A stretch of DNA of 64,000 nt, taken from positions 1,056,001 to 1,120,000 of the forward strand of contig OZ244742.1 in NCBI GenBank assembly GCA_965219415.1. The letters are read 5' to 3'. The DNA comes from Candidatus Marinacidobacterales bacterium (lineage in GTDB: Bacteria > Acidobacteriota > Vicinamibacteria > Marinacidobacterales > DATDRI01). The notes under the pieces were generated by a model, which saw only the letters and a list, made by a program, of their open reading frames with translations, made no database searches and was not told where the DNA came from. Below are positions 44,867 to 54,499 of this stretch, piece by piece. A program made the translations under genes and the position numbers. The number at the start of each line of letters is the position of its first letter. The stretch's first letter is position 1.

Positions 44867-45538
44867 CCGGCTTTTTCAGATAGTCCAGATGCTGCGCCGT
44901 CGGCGGTTGACGACGGCGGCGCAGCTTGCTGAGCGCTTGGAGGTCTCGGAGCGGACCGTCTACCGGGACATTCGTGACCTGGGCGCCTCAGGTGTGCCCA
45001 TCCTCGGCGAGGCCGGGGTCGGGTACCGGCTCGGCAAGGACTTCGACCTTCCACCTCTGATGTTCAACGGCGAAGAAGTCCAAGCTCTTGTCCTCGGCGC
45101 ACGCATGGTCGAAAGCTGGGGTGACTCCGAGCTCCGTCAAGCCGCCCGTAGCGTCCTGACAAAGGTAGAGGCGGTCCTGCCTCCGTCGAAACGACACCAG
45201 TACACGACACCGCACTTTTCTCCCTGTCGTTTCGGGTATCACCGGAGGTACGCGAGAACGTCGGGGCGCTGCGCAAAGCGATCGACGCCCGCACTAAGGT
45301 ACGCCTCGACTACAAGGACCGGGAAGGCGTTGCCAGCGGCCGCGTCGTGTGTCCCCTGGGTCTCTACTTCTGGGGCAACGTGTGGACGCTCGGGGCCTGG
45401 TGCGAGCTGCGAAAGGATTTCAGGAACTTCCGGCTCGATCGGATCGAGAAGGCTCTGTCCACCAAGCAGACATTTCGGACTGAGCCCCCGCTGACCATCG
45501 AAGACTACGTTCGAGCAATGACCCGCGACGCGCCTTAG
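44853..45538 (+). CDS. YafY-like HTH-WYL transcriptional regulator (probable frameshift near 45200)
   Basis: MRRADRLFQI, VSERTVYRDI, LPPLMF; WTLGAWCELRKDFRNFRLDRI in second frame. Confidence 0.9.
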
Positions 45539-45592
45539 TGCTATCTCGTTTCTCGGTAGTTTAGAATGAGCCCTCAGTGAAAGGAGTCTTTC

Positions 45593-46015
45593 ATGAAACC
45601 CGTACTCGTATTCCTCACCCTTCTTCTTGCGGCTGGGCTATCCATCCAATGTGGGTCATCGTCGGACCTTACGGGCGTTGCGATCAACAAGATTCGACTC
45701 GAAGGTGATCACGCCGAAGACCTGAACGCGGATCTGGAAAAGGCGCTGGCTGCAGCCGGAGCGACGCTGAATCAATCGGGCCAACCGGACCTCACCGGCA
45801 CCATTACTTGGGAATGGGCCGGAGATAAGGACAGCCCTTACCCAACGCGGGTCCGTGTCTTCGTGCAGTCAGAACCTAAAGAGGAGAATCTCACGCTAAC
45901 CGCGATGTATGAAGTCGCGAAAGGCGCGCAGCTCCAAAATGTGGCTCACTATAGAAGAACGATCGTCGGGAGCGTTGTGGCGAGACTGGCCGCTCAGAAC
46001 CAAAGCCCCGAGTAA
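45593..46015 (+). CDS. hypothetical lipoprotein
   Basis: AAGGAG RBS, signal peptide ending in Cys. Confidence 0.65.
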   Translation: MKPVLVFLTLLLAAGLSIQCGSSSDLTGVAINKIRLEGDHAEDLNADLEKALAAAGATLNQSGQPDLTGTITWEWAGDKDSPYPTRVRVFVQSEPKEENLTLTAMYEVAKGAQLQNVAHYRRTIVGSVVARLAAQNQSPE

Positions 46016-46121
46016 AGCGCTCGATGATACGGGGAACCTTGTCCGGTTAAGATTCTCGCTAGCTCCCGCCATATCCCCTCCAGGATGAACGAAGAACTAG
46101 AATGAGGAGCTTGCCCGCGAT

Positions 46122-46685
46122 TTACTTCTTTTCGGCCTGCCCCGCCACTTTGATGCGGTTGCCCTCGGCATCGGTCAGCTCCCTTTGCTGCGCGCTCCGC
46201 CCAGCCCTGAAAAGCGCGGGGTCACCCACGGTGAAGCTCGCGGCGCGCGACATGAATGCGCCATGAAACTGACCCGACACTAGGACGGACAGAGTGGAGG
46301 GCTCCTCGACCGGCGCGAAGGCCACTTGGAAAGCCAGCCTTTGGCCGTCGTCGATGGAGCGCTCACGGACGGTGGTGGGGCCGCTTGCCAGCGCGAGGCC
46401 GTCGATCCCGTCGACCTGGACTTCAACGTCCCGAGCCGCCACTTGGAACGCGATCTCAACCCGCGCTCCACCCTCGTTCATCACGGCCTGAATGTGTACC
46501 GGGGCGCCGGGTTTCTGCGTCCTTTCTTCATCGGGAGACACCCCTGCGCGCTTTGTTTCTGACTTCGTCTCCTCACGCGGAACCGATCCGTTCTGAGTGG
46601 AATCGAGACACGCTGTCAACGCGAGAGCGCCGAGAGCCATGAAAGTTCCCTTCATGCTGAACCGCCCCTTCCCTTTATGCACCAT
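46122..46685 (-). CDS. hypothetical lipoprotein
   Basis: Lipobox LTAC; directly downstream of metalloprotease gene. Confidence 0.65.
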   Translation of the reverse strand: MVHKGKGRFSMKGTFMALGALALTACLDSTQNGSVPREETKSETKRAGVSPDEERTQKPGAPVHIQAVMNEGGARVEIAFQVAARDVEVQVDGIDGLALASGPTTVRERSIDDGQRLAFQVAFAPVEEPSTLSVLVSGQFHGAFMSRAASFTVGDPALFRAGRSAQQRELTDAEGNRIKVAGQAEKK

Positions 46686-46693
46686 GGTGTACC

Positions 46694-48232
46694 TCAGCGG
46701 CTGGTAATGCGAACCGTGCAGTCGTAATTGCCGTCGGTTCTGAAGCCGCCGATGCTGATGACGTAGACATTGCCTGCGATCGCAGTGAGGCTCACCTCTT
46801 CCGTCCCTGCGAAGAAGGAGTCAGAGAAGCCTTTGAGCTTGCCGACTTGGAAGACCCCGAGCCAAACGTCCTCGTTGGTGGTCGCGGACACGGTCACCTG
46901 GGATCCGTTCCCCTCGAACGAGATGTACCTGTTCTGGCCGAGCCTGTTTTCAGCCTGATCGCCAAGTAGCCGCAGTTTCAAGTCGCGGCCGTTGATCTTC
47001 CCAATCCGGTACACGGGCAAGTTTGCGGACGATCCGCCGCTGTTGCTCTCGCCCGTCCCAAAGGAGTCCCGGATGGGGATCATCTTGTGCTGGACCAAGA
47101 GCTGGTCGATGCTCCCGATCGATCCAGGCGAGGCGTCGTTGAGTCCCTTCACGAACGAGAAGATCGTGGTGAAAGCCGTCGTCCTCTTGTGATGACCCGT
47201 CATGACATCGGCAATAGGGCCCAAGCCCAGCGAAATGGAGTCAGCCCGATCGGGGTTGGAGTCGAAGAGGTCGAAGAGGATCAATCCGACGGAGGCCCCT
47301 GAAAACCAACCAGGCTTGGGATCGTCCCCGTTGTCCTCTAAGTCGGTGGCTACGGCGAGCCGTTGCTGACCCGGCCCGGCGCTGTCGGTGTACACGGTGT
47401 TCGGGAACAGGACGATGGCGCTCACTGCGTCGGAGAATCCCTCGCTGAAGGCCAAGCGTGGATCGAGGATGGTTCCCGTGCCATGGCTTCCACCGATGGA
47501 GTCCGAGCGACTGACCTTTTCCTCGAAGTAGTGCCCCCACTCGTGCACGATGACGTGAGAGTCGAACTCGTCGGTGTCGACGTCCTCCTTACCAAGGATG
47601 TAGAGCTCCTTTCTGTCCCAGTGTGAAGAGCCGATCTGGCCGTTTCTGTTCTCGCCCTCCTCAGGCCGATTGTTCTCGCTCCAGTTGATGCTGAGCTTGG
47701 GAAAGTTGAGGGGACGCACGGCGCGGAAGGCACGAGCGGCGCTATAGGCGGCGTCGAGGATGGCGAACGGTGCGGACAAGCGGGGCCCGGTGTACGAGCG
47801 GCCACCCCAACCGCTGGGGACGACCAACTCCAACGTGGTGGAGCCGTCAAACGACGGTGAGTCCACGGCCCAAACAGCATCCCCGTCCGTGTTGTCCTCC
47901 ACTCGGATGCGGGGATTCAGCGTCTCCGCGACGATGATGACCTTTCGACGGCCCCCTCCGGACGCTTCGAAGACAAAGCTTCCATCGTTACCGGTAACGG
48001 TCTCTTCGAGAACTCTATCTGTCGCGTTGTCGACGAGCAACACCCGCGCATTTCGGATCGGCTTCTGAGTGGCCTGAGAATAATCGAGCCCGCGCCGAGT
48101 GGACGGTATGCTGGTGTACGTGGCGCGGCCACTGACGGAGGCAGATGCGACTCCGGTTAGGGTGACAACTATTAGCGCGCACCCGTGTACCCAGGCCAAC
48201 CGGCCTACCAGACCGCGGCAAAACGACATCAT
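46694..48232 (-). CDS. secreted zinc metalloprotease-like protein
   Basis: Signal peptide; HEWGH with downstream AFSEG (gluzincin-type); C-terminal beta domain. Confidence 0.8.
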   Translation of the reverse strand: MMSFCRGLVGRLAWVHGCALIVVTLTGVASASVSGRATYTSIPSTRRGLDYSQATQKPIRNARVLLVDNATDRVLEETVTGNDGSFVFEASGGGRRKVIIVAETLNPRIRVEDNTDGDAVWAVDSPSFDGSTTLELVVPSGWGGRSYTGPRLSAPFAILDAAYSAARAFRAVRPLNFPKLSINWSENNRPEEGENRNGQIGSSHWDRKELYILGKEDVDTDEFDSHVIVHEWGHYFEEKVSRSDSIGGSHGTGTILDPRLAFSEGFSDAVSAIVLFPNTVYTDSAGPGQQRLAVATDLEDNGDDPKPGWFSGASVGLILFDLFDSNPDRADSISLGLGPIADVMTGHHKRTTAFTTIFSFVKGLNDASPGSIGSIDQLLVQHKMIPIRDSFGTGESNSGGSSANLPVYRIGKINGRDLKLRLLGDQAENRLGQNRYISFEGNGSQVTVSATTNEDVWLGVFQVGKLKGFSDSFFAGTEEVSLTAIAGNVYVISIGGFRTDGNYDCTVRITSR

Positions 48233-48244
48233 GGATTCTCCGGG

Positions 48245-49502
48245 TGAAGTGACCCCGCTTTCGTGGACAGGTTAAGAGTTAGGGATCAAGCGTCGCGATA
48301 GTACCTCCTTTCGAATTGGATAGGCGAGCAATAGTCGATGGCGGAGTGTCGTCGTCGCGGGTTGTACCAGCCTTCGATGAAATCGAAGGTCGCCATGCGC
48401 GCCTCAGCGTGGTAGCAAAACGACCGGCGCTCGATCAGCTCGCACTCGAGCGTCGCGAAGAAGCTCTCGCACATCGCATTGTCGTAACAGTCCCCGACCG
48501 AACCCATCGACGGTCGCACCCCGGCCTCCCGGCATCGCTGGCCGAACGCTAGTGACGTGTACTGCGTGCCCTGGTCCGAGTGATGGATGACGTCGCCGGG
48601 CTTGCGTTGGAACAGCGCCATGTCGAGGGCGCTCAAGACGAGCGACGTCCGCAGGTGGGTAGCCATTGCCCATCCGACGATGCGTCGGCTGAAGGCGTCC
48701 AGCACGACGGCGAGGAACAAGAAGCCCGACCACGTGGGCACGTAGGTGATATCGGCGACCCACAGGCGGTCGGGCCGGTCCACCTCGAAATTCCTGTCGA
48801 CGAGATCGGGGGCGGGACGGGCGTCGTCACAGCGAATCGTAGTGTGCGCCCTCTTGCGCCGGTGAACACCTTGAATGCCAGCCTCGCGCATCAGCCGCGC
48901 TACACGCTTGCGTGAGACGTGGAGCTCGTGTGTCTCTCGTAGCTCGTGGAGAATCCTCGGCGCGCCGTACGTGCTCCGCGACGCGGTGTGAATCGCCCGG
49001 ATCTTCTCAAGCAACTCCGCATCCGACACCGCGCGGGCCGACGGGGCACGCTCAAGCCACGCATAGTAGCCGCTGGCGGAGACGTCCAGCAGTCGGCACA
49101 TCGTGGCAACCGGTAGTGAATCCTGGTTCGCCCTCACGAATCGGAAGGCTTCGGTGGTACCGACTCGGTCTCCCGAGCGAACCAGGCCGCGGCTTTTGAG
49201 AGGATCTCCCGCTCCAACCGTAGTTGACGGTTCTCCCGTCGCAGGCGGCGGAGCTCCGCACGCTCCTCACTCGTCAGACCGTCCTGCCTGCGACCCTCGT
49301 CGAGATCCGCCTGGTTCACCCAGTTCCGGATCGTCTGGCCCGAGGGCTCAAACTCTCGCGCCAGCTCTTCGGAGCCGCGGCCAGCTCGCACCAGCTCTAC
49401 CATTTGGCGCCGGAACTCGGCCGCGTATCTGTTTCCCTGCTTTGACATCGTGGACTCCTGTCTCCCAAAGGATTAGGTGTCCACGAAAGCGGGTCAAGTC
49501 CA
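48245..49502 (-). mobile_element. IS3-family insertion sequence (orfA 49134-49448, orfB 48286-49137)
   Basis: TG..CA ends with IR core CCCGCTTTCGTGGACA; 4-bp TSD CGGG; WVADITY, HHSDQG, DNAMCESFF. Confidence 0.95.
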
Positions 49503-49620
49503 CGGGAACGGATATCTCAAGATTTATACGTGCCGAGCTGCATAAAGTCAAGACGACTCAAGGGAATGTGTGGGTGGGCTTGATTCTTCAAGCTGTCTAA
49601 GTCTGTTTTGTAGAACAAGG

Positions 49621-50056
49621 TGAGCTTGCTCCGGTTTGGTGGACAAGTTGACTATGCAAACCGGTTTGCTTCCAAGAGTCTAAGTTCGAACTCGATGGGA
49701 CTGACGTTCCGGAGCGTTGAGTGCCGTCGCCTCGGGTTGTAGAAATTGGTGATGTAGTCGACGGTAGCCCATCGCGCCTGCGCTCGAGTCGGCAGAACGA
49801 GTCGGTAGAGAGATTCGGTTTTCAGCGTGCCGAAGAAACTCTCGACGACGGCATTGTCCCAGCAGTCGCCCTTTCGACTCATGCTGCACTCGATTCCGTG
49901 GCGTCGCAAGAACGCGCGGTAGTCTCTGCTCGCGTACTGCACGCCACGGTCCGAATGATGAACCATCCCACGCGGTGGTCGTCGGTGACGCACCGCCATC
50001 TGAACACCCATATATCTCTCCGTTCGTTAGGTGTCCACTGAAACGAAGCAGGCCCA
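49621..50056 (-). mobile_element. 436-bp internally deleted derivative of the IS3 at 14647-15907
   Basis: Both IRs present, 3-bp TSD AGG; junction at TTCAGATGGC. Confidence 0.92.
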
Positions 50057-50174
50057 AGGAGTCGGACGAATGCTCTCCCACAATAAGGAAGCAGCCTGCG
50101 GTGCTTCGCTTCCCCGGTAGAGACAACTCGCTCGCAAGGCAGGGTTGAGGTACTCCGCAAGTTGTTGATTTGAA

Positions 50175-50265
50175 TGGCGGGGCCGACGAGATTCGAACTC
50201 CCGACCTCTACTAAGGCCGCGGGGCCCCACCCCCGCGGCGATAAGCTGAGGGCTCTCGGCGTGAC
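50175..50265 (-). pseudogene. tRNA-Asp(GTC) 3'-half remnant with REP insertion (att-like)
   Basis: Minus strand GTCACGCCG..[insert]..GAGGTCGGGAGTTCGAATCTCGTCGGCCCCGCCA; G discriminator, CCA; no 5' half. Confidence 0.7.
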
Positions 50266-50383
50266 CCGCCTTCGTCCACCGTGCCACGTGAGAACTTCGG
50301 CCGGCAGGCAGGCCGGGGAAAGGCACTAAGAGAGCCAAGCGATCCCGAAAACCTCCAAAAGATCCTGGCACTTAGCCATTGAC

Positions 50384-50438
50384 GCTTTGGGACCAGTTGG
50401 GATGCTTTGGGACCAGGACACGGACAAAACACGGACAA
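50384..50438. repeat. paired short direct repeats (integrase arm-site-like)
   Basis: GCTTTGGGACCAG x2 (50384, 50404) and ACACGGACAA x2 (50418, 50429). Confidence 0.6.
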
Positions 50439-50550
50439 TTTGCGCGCCGAAAATCCCGTTGACTTTTCAGCCTGTGTGAGGCTATTTTCACGCGCAGGGC
50501 TGGCCACGTCACTCGATTCCCGGCACTAAGCCTCGAAGGAAACGTAGTCT

Positions 50551-52032
50551 ATGAAAAAGGGAGTTGATTACGAGCGTCGCAAGTTTGTTCGACAGACGAG
50601 CCAAGTGCTGGCGGCGGGATTGATTCTGCCGCACAGTACCGGCGTGCTTGCATCGGCAATCAAAATCGGCGAGCAAGAAGCCACCGAATTACAGCGCCGT
50701 ATCAAAGGAACGGTCGTTCTTCGCGACACGACGAACTATGAGCCGTGGCGCCATTCCATGATCTGGAACTACCGTAAGTTCGATCGGCGCCCGGAGTTGA
50801 TTGTACAGGCAGACTCCGCCGAAGACGTTGTTACGACGGTCAACTTCGCAAGACAGAATGGGATGCGAATCAAAACACGCACGGGTGGCCATAGCTGGAG
50901 CGGTTGTTACCTGCGCGACAGCGGTATCCTGCTTGACTTGTCCCGCTTCCAGTCCGTCGAGATCGACGCCGCCGCTAAGCAAGCCGTCGTTGGGGCCGGC
51001 GCGCTCGGCCGCAACCTGGTGACGCGACTCGGCGAGCACGGACTCGCGTTTCCCACTGCACATTGCGGCATGGTGCCGCTCAGCGGATTCTTGCTCGGGG
51101 GAGGCCTTGGATTGAATGGTGTCGCCTGGGGCGGCATGAGCGCGTTCAACATCGGGGCGCTTGATGCCGTCACCGCGGACGGCGAGCTGATTCACATCAA
51201 CGCCCGGGAGAACCCGGAGCTGTTTTGGGCAGCACGAGGTGGCGGCCCCGGCTTGTTCTTCGTCGTGACTCGTTTCTATCTCCGCTGTTACTCCTTGCCC
51301 AAGGCGATCACGGTCGATACCTACATCCTTCGCTATGAGGAATTGATACCGGCGGTAGAGATGATGGACCGAATTGGCCCCGAGATGAATTCATCGGTTG
51401 AGATGCTTGGCGCTGTCATACCGGCGGGTGATGAATGTTCGGCAGACCGCTGTGAAAGAGTCGTACTGTTGAACGCAACGGCCTTCGCTGATACGCAGGC
51501 AGCGGCGAAAGAAATGCTCGCGCCTATTCGCGCGGAAAAAGTCTCGGCAAGAGCCATTGATGCGATTTTCGATCGACCCGCGACGTTTGAAATGCTATAC
51601 CAGGAGAATGAAGGACCGTTTCCGCAAAGCCGGGCCAGTGCCGACAATATCTTTACAGATCGTGCCGTCGAAGCGGCTGAGGTCGTCGATCGTCACATGA
51701 GGCTGGCACCATCGCCAAGCGACACTCCGGTCATCCTTTATCGTGGTCAGTTGGAGTTCCCCGATGCAGCTTATTCGTCGACCGGGAAGTTCTACATGTC
51801 AGCTTACGCCCAATGGCGAGATGCGGCGGACGACAAAGCGAATCTGGCCTGGTTGGAGAACTTCTACGACGATATGCAGGCGTTTGCCGTTGGCCACTAT
51901 CTCAACGAGTTTAGTCAGGAAACCAGAGACAATCGCCTTTGTTTCTCGGCGGACAACTGGAAGCGCCTGCAGCGACTCCGCCAGAAATACGACCCCCACG
52001 GTGTGTTTCACTCTTTCCTGGGAGCGTCCTAG
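50551..52032 (+). CDS. Tat-exported FAD-linked oxidase (BBE/6-hydroxy-D-nicotine oxidase family)
   Basis: ERRKFV; RTGGHS covalent-FAD motif; LFWAARGGG; YLNE; KYDP..F. Confidence 0.92.
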   Translation: MKKGVDYERRKFVRQTSQVLAAGLILPHSTGVLASAIKIGEQEATELQRRIKGTVVLRDTTNYEPWRHSMIWNYRKFDRRPELIVQADSAEDVVTTVNFARQNGMRIKTRTGGHSWSGCYLRDSGILLDLSRFQSVEIDAAAKQAVVGAGALGRNLVTRLGEHGLAFPTAHCGMVPLSGFLLGGGLGLNGVAWGGMSAFNIGALDAVTADGELIHINARENPELFWAARGGGPGLFFVVTRFYLRCYSLPKAITVDTYILRYEELIPAVEMMDRIGPEMNSSVEMLGAVIPAGDECSADRCERVVLLNATAFADTQAAAKEMLAPIRAEKVSARAIDAIFDRPATFEMLYQENEGPFPQSRASADNIFTDRAVEAAEVVDRHMRLAPSPSDTPVILYRGQLEFPDAAYSSTGKFYMSAYAQWRDAADDKANLAWLENFYDDMQAFAVGHYLNEFSQETRDNRLCFSADNWKRLQRLRQKYDPHGVFHSFLGAS

Positions 52033-52703
52033 TGACGTTCTCGGGTTTTCGACCGACGATGGCCTTGCTAGGCGTGGCAGTCATTCTGCTGTCCTGCTCC
52101 GATACGGCCCCCCCTAAAGATGCGCTAAGTCCTGCTCCCGAGGATCGTGGCAAGGCCTACTTCACGACATGTGTGGCCTGCCACGGAGTCTACGGCGAGG
52201 GCAACGTGGGAATGAATGCGCCAAATTTGACGCAGTTGGATCGAGACTATCTGGAGCGACAGTTGCGCTACTATCGCGAGCAGATTCGTGGCGGCGTAGA
52301 CGATTTCTACGGCTGGCAGATGAACGGGCGGGCCAATGCGTTACCGGACGACCAATCCGTTGACGACGTTGTGGCCTACATTCTGACATTGCAAACAGCG
52401 GATTCGGAAGAGACACTTCGACACCCGGTCGCCGACGGTAAGGAAATCTACTCAAGGGAGTGTGCAACCTGCCACGGAAATGTCGGCGAAGGCAATCTCG
52501 AGTTGCAGTCTCCGGCGTTGGCGGGGTTACAGGATTGGTATGTCCTGAGGCAGCTCGAAAGTTATCGGAGCGGGATGCGCGGCTCGCATGAAAAAGATAA
52601 GCCAGGCATGCAGATGAAGCCGTTCGCTGCAGCACTCGACAATGACCAGTCACTTCGAAGCGTAGCTGCATACATTGGAACGTTCAAAAGCACAGAACGA
52701 TAA
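52032..52703 (+). CDS. diheme cytochrome c (c4-like) lipoprotein
   Basis: CVACH and CATCH, each with P.L and distal Met; lipobox LLSC. Confidence 0.92.
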   Translation: MTFSGFRPTMALLGVAVILLSCSDTAPPKDALSPAPEDRGKAYFTTCVACHGVYGEGNVGMNAPNLTQLDRDYLERQLRYYREQIRGGVDDFYGWQMNGRANALPDDQSVDDVVAYILTLQTADSEETLRHPVADGKEIYSRECATCHGNVGEGNLELQSPALAGLQDWYVLRQLESYRSGMRGSHEKDKPGMQMKPFAAALDNDQSLRSVAAYIGTFKSTER

Positions 52704-52711
52704 CCGGGGCG

Positions 52712-53125
52712 GTGCAAGTGCTGGACACTGATCAGAAAAATATTGAGATCGCTAGAAGAATGTACGAGACACTTGTCGGTGGCGATATGGACGGAGCGCT
52801 GGCCCTCATGTCGGACGACATTCAATGGATCTACTACGGCGATGCCACGACGATTCCGTTTTCAGGCGTGTACACGGGGCATGACGGCGTCATTCAGTTT
52901 TTCGCCGATTACGGCGAAGTCGCCGAACCTCTTGGTATGGACCTAGACTACTTCTACCCATCGGGTGACACGGTTCTCGTCACCGGGAGTGAAAAAAGCA
53001 AGGTCAAATCGACGGACAAGACATACATCGCTCCTTTTGTGCATGTCCTCAAGATCGTCAAGGGAAGAATCGTGAGTTACGAAGAGTATATAAACTCCGC
53101 CGAAGTCGCTAATGCGTTTCGATAG
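52712..53125 (+). CDS. SnoaL/NTF2-like protein
   Basis: GDM..AL..M..DI.W, PFSGVYTG, HV.KI..GRI. Confidence 0.85.
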   Translation: MQVLDTDQKNIEIARRMYETLVGGDMDGALALMSDDIQWIYYGDATTIPFSGVYTGHDGVIQFFADYGEVAEPLGMDLDYFYPSGDTVLVTGSEKSKVKSTDKTYIAPFVHVLKIVKGRIVSYEEYINSAEVANAFR

Positions 53126-53144
53126 CCGGATGGGGAGGACAAAA

Positions 53145-54476
53145 ATGAGAATTGCGACTCGCTTGCTACCAGCCTATTTCGCCTTGTTCGTCGCCTTCGA
53201 CGTCAACGCTGCACAGGAGGAGTTCGAAGATCCGGACATCACATTCCTGTATTCCGGTGATCTGCACGACTTTGTCGAAGAGGCCGGGCCGGACGTACCG
53301 ATTTTCGTGGAGGGGGGCACACTCATCGACGGAACCGGCAGTGCTGCCGCGGCGAATCCCGGGATCCTTATCCAAAACGGGAGATTCTCCGAGCTTGGCG
53401 CTTCCGAAATTCCGGAAAATGCTATTCGGCTCAGTGCCGACGGCAAGTGGGTCACTCCGGGTCTTATCGACCTCCATGCTCACATAACCTATTTCGTGCC
53501 GACGGGCTGGAACGTCGAGGACGACGTCATGAACGCAGTCCGGGCAGAACGATTTCTGGAAAAGTATCAGAGAATCGGGGTCACGACCGTTGCTGACGTG
53601 GGTTCGCGTTTCAACGTCGGTTACTCGCTCAAGCGCGCTCAGAGGATGGGATTGATTGGGGGCTCGAGGCTGTACGTTTCAGGACCCGTCATCACGACGC
53701 CCGCTGGCCACGCGACAGAATTTATTCCATTCGAGAAGCCGGTCTACGCGGCGGTAGCCACGGGGCCATGGGAGTTTCGCGAGCGTGTCCGCGAGGCGGT
53801 TTTGTACGGCGCTGATTTCATTAAGCTGACACCGCCCTACACAGTGGAAGAGCTCCAAGCCGTGGTAGAAGAAGCCAACGCGTGGAAGATTTTCGTTACC
53901 GCCCACATCGGCGGCTTGCCAGATCGGAACCTGGTTTCCGGGCGAATCGCCGCCGACGCGGGGGTCCATAGCGTGCAACACTTGTATCCCTACGGCCCAG
54001 ACCGGGAAAGCATACTCAGGGACATGGCCCGTCAGGGGATCTACATCGTCCCGACAATGGGCTACCACATGCGAGAGCTAGCAGGGAAGGCGCACGTCAC
54101 AGGAAATTGGCAGGAAATCAATCTGGGCCATACTTACGAAAACGCTATCTCACTGTTCAAGTCCATGCAGGATGCTGGCTTGAAATTTGGTGTGGGCACC
54201 GATTCGAATCCGATGGACATGCTGAAGATCGACGATATCTATGCGCAGGAGTTGGAAGCGTTGGCCCATGGCGACTTATCACCGATGAGCATCCTGCAGG
54301 CGGCGACGCAGCACGCGGCCGAAGCGTTGCAGCGAGGCGATGAGATCGGCAGCATCGAAACTGCAAAGAAAGCGGACCTGATTGTCGTTTCTGACAATCC
54401 CCTAGAGAATCTCCGCGCACTCGTCGACCCTGAAGTTGTTATTCAGGACGGTCGGATCGTGCACCAGCGAGACTAG
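53145..54476 (+). CDS. secreted amidohydrolase family protein
   Basis: PGLIDLHAH, GADFIK, TAH, GTD, KKADLIVV..NPL. Confidence 0.92.
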   Translation: MRIATRLLPAYFALFVAFDVNAAQEEFEDPDITFLYSGDLHDFVEEAGPDVPIFVEGGTLIDGTGSAAAANPGILIQNGRFSELGASEIPENAIRLSADGKWVTPGLIDLHAHITYFVPTGWNVEDDVMNAVRAERFLEKYQRIGVTTVADVGSRFNVGYSLKRAQRMGLIGGSRLYVSGPVITTPAGHATEFIPFEKPVYAAVATGPWEFRERVREAVLYGADFIKLTPPYTVEELQAVVEEANAWKIFVTAHIGGLPDRNLVSGRIAADAGVHSVQHLYPYGPDRESILRDMARQGIYIVPTMGYHMRELAGKAHVTGNWQEINLGHTYENAISLFKSMQDAGLKFGVGTDSNPMDMLKIDDIYAQELEALAHGDLSPMSILQAATQHAAEALQRGDEIGSIETAKKADLIVVSDNPLENLRALVDPEVVIQDGRIVHQRD

Positions 54477-54499
54477 AACATCTTAAGCAGGGAGTACGA

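Noticed and set aside
50175-50265. Functional tRNA, including tRNA-Sec
   Set aside because: No 5' acceptor strand or D-arm, mismatched T-stem, and the anticodon is GTC
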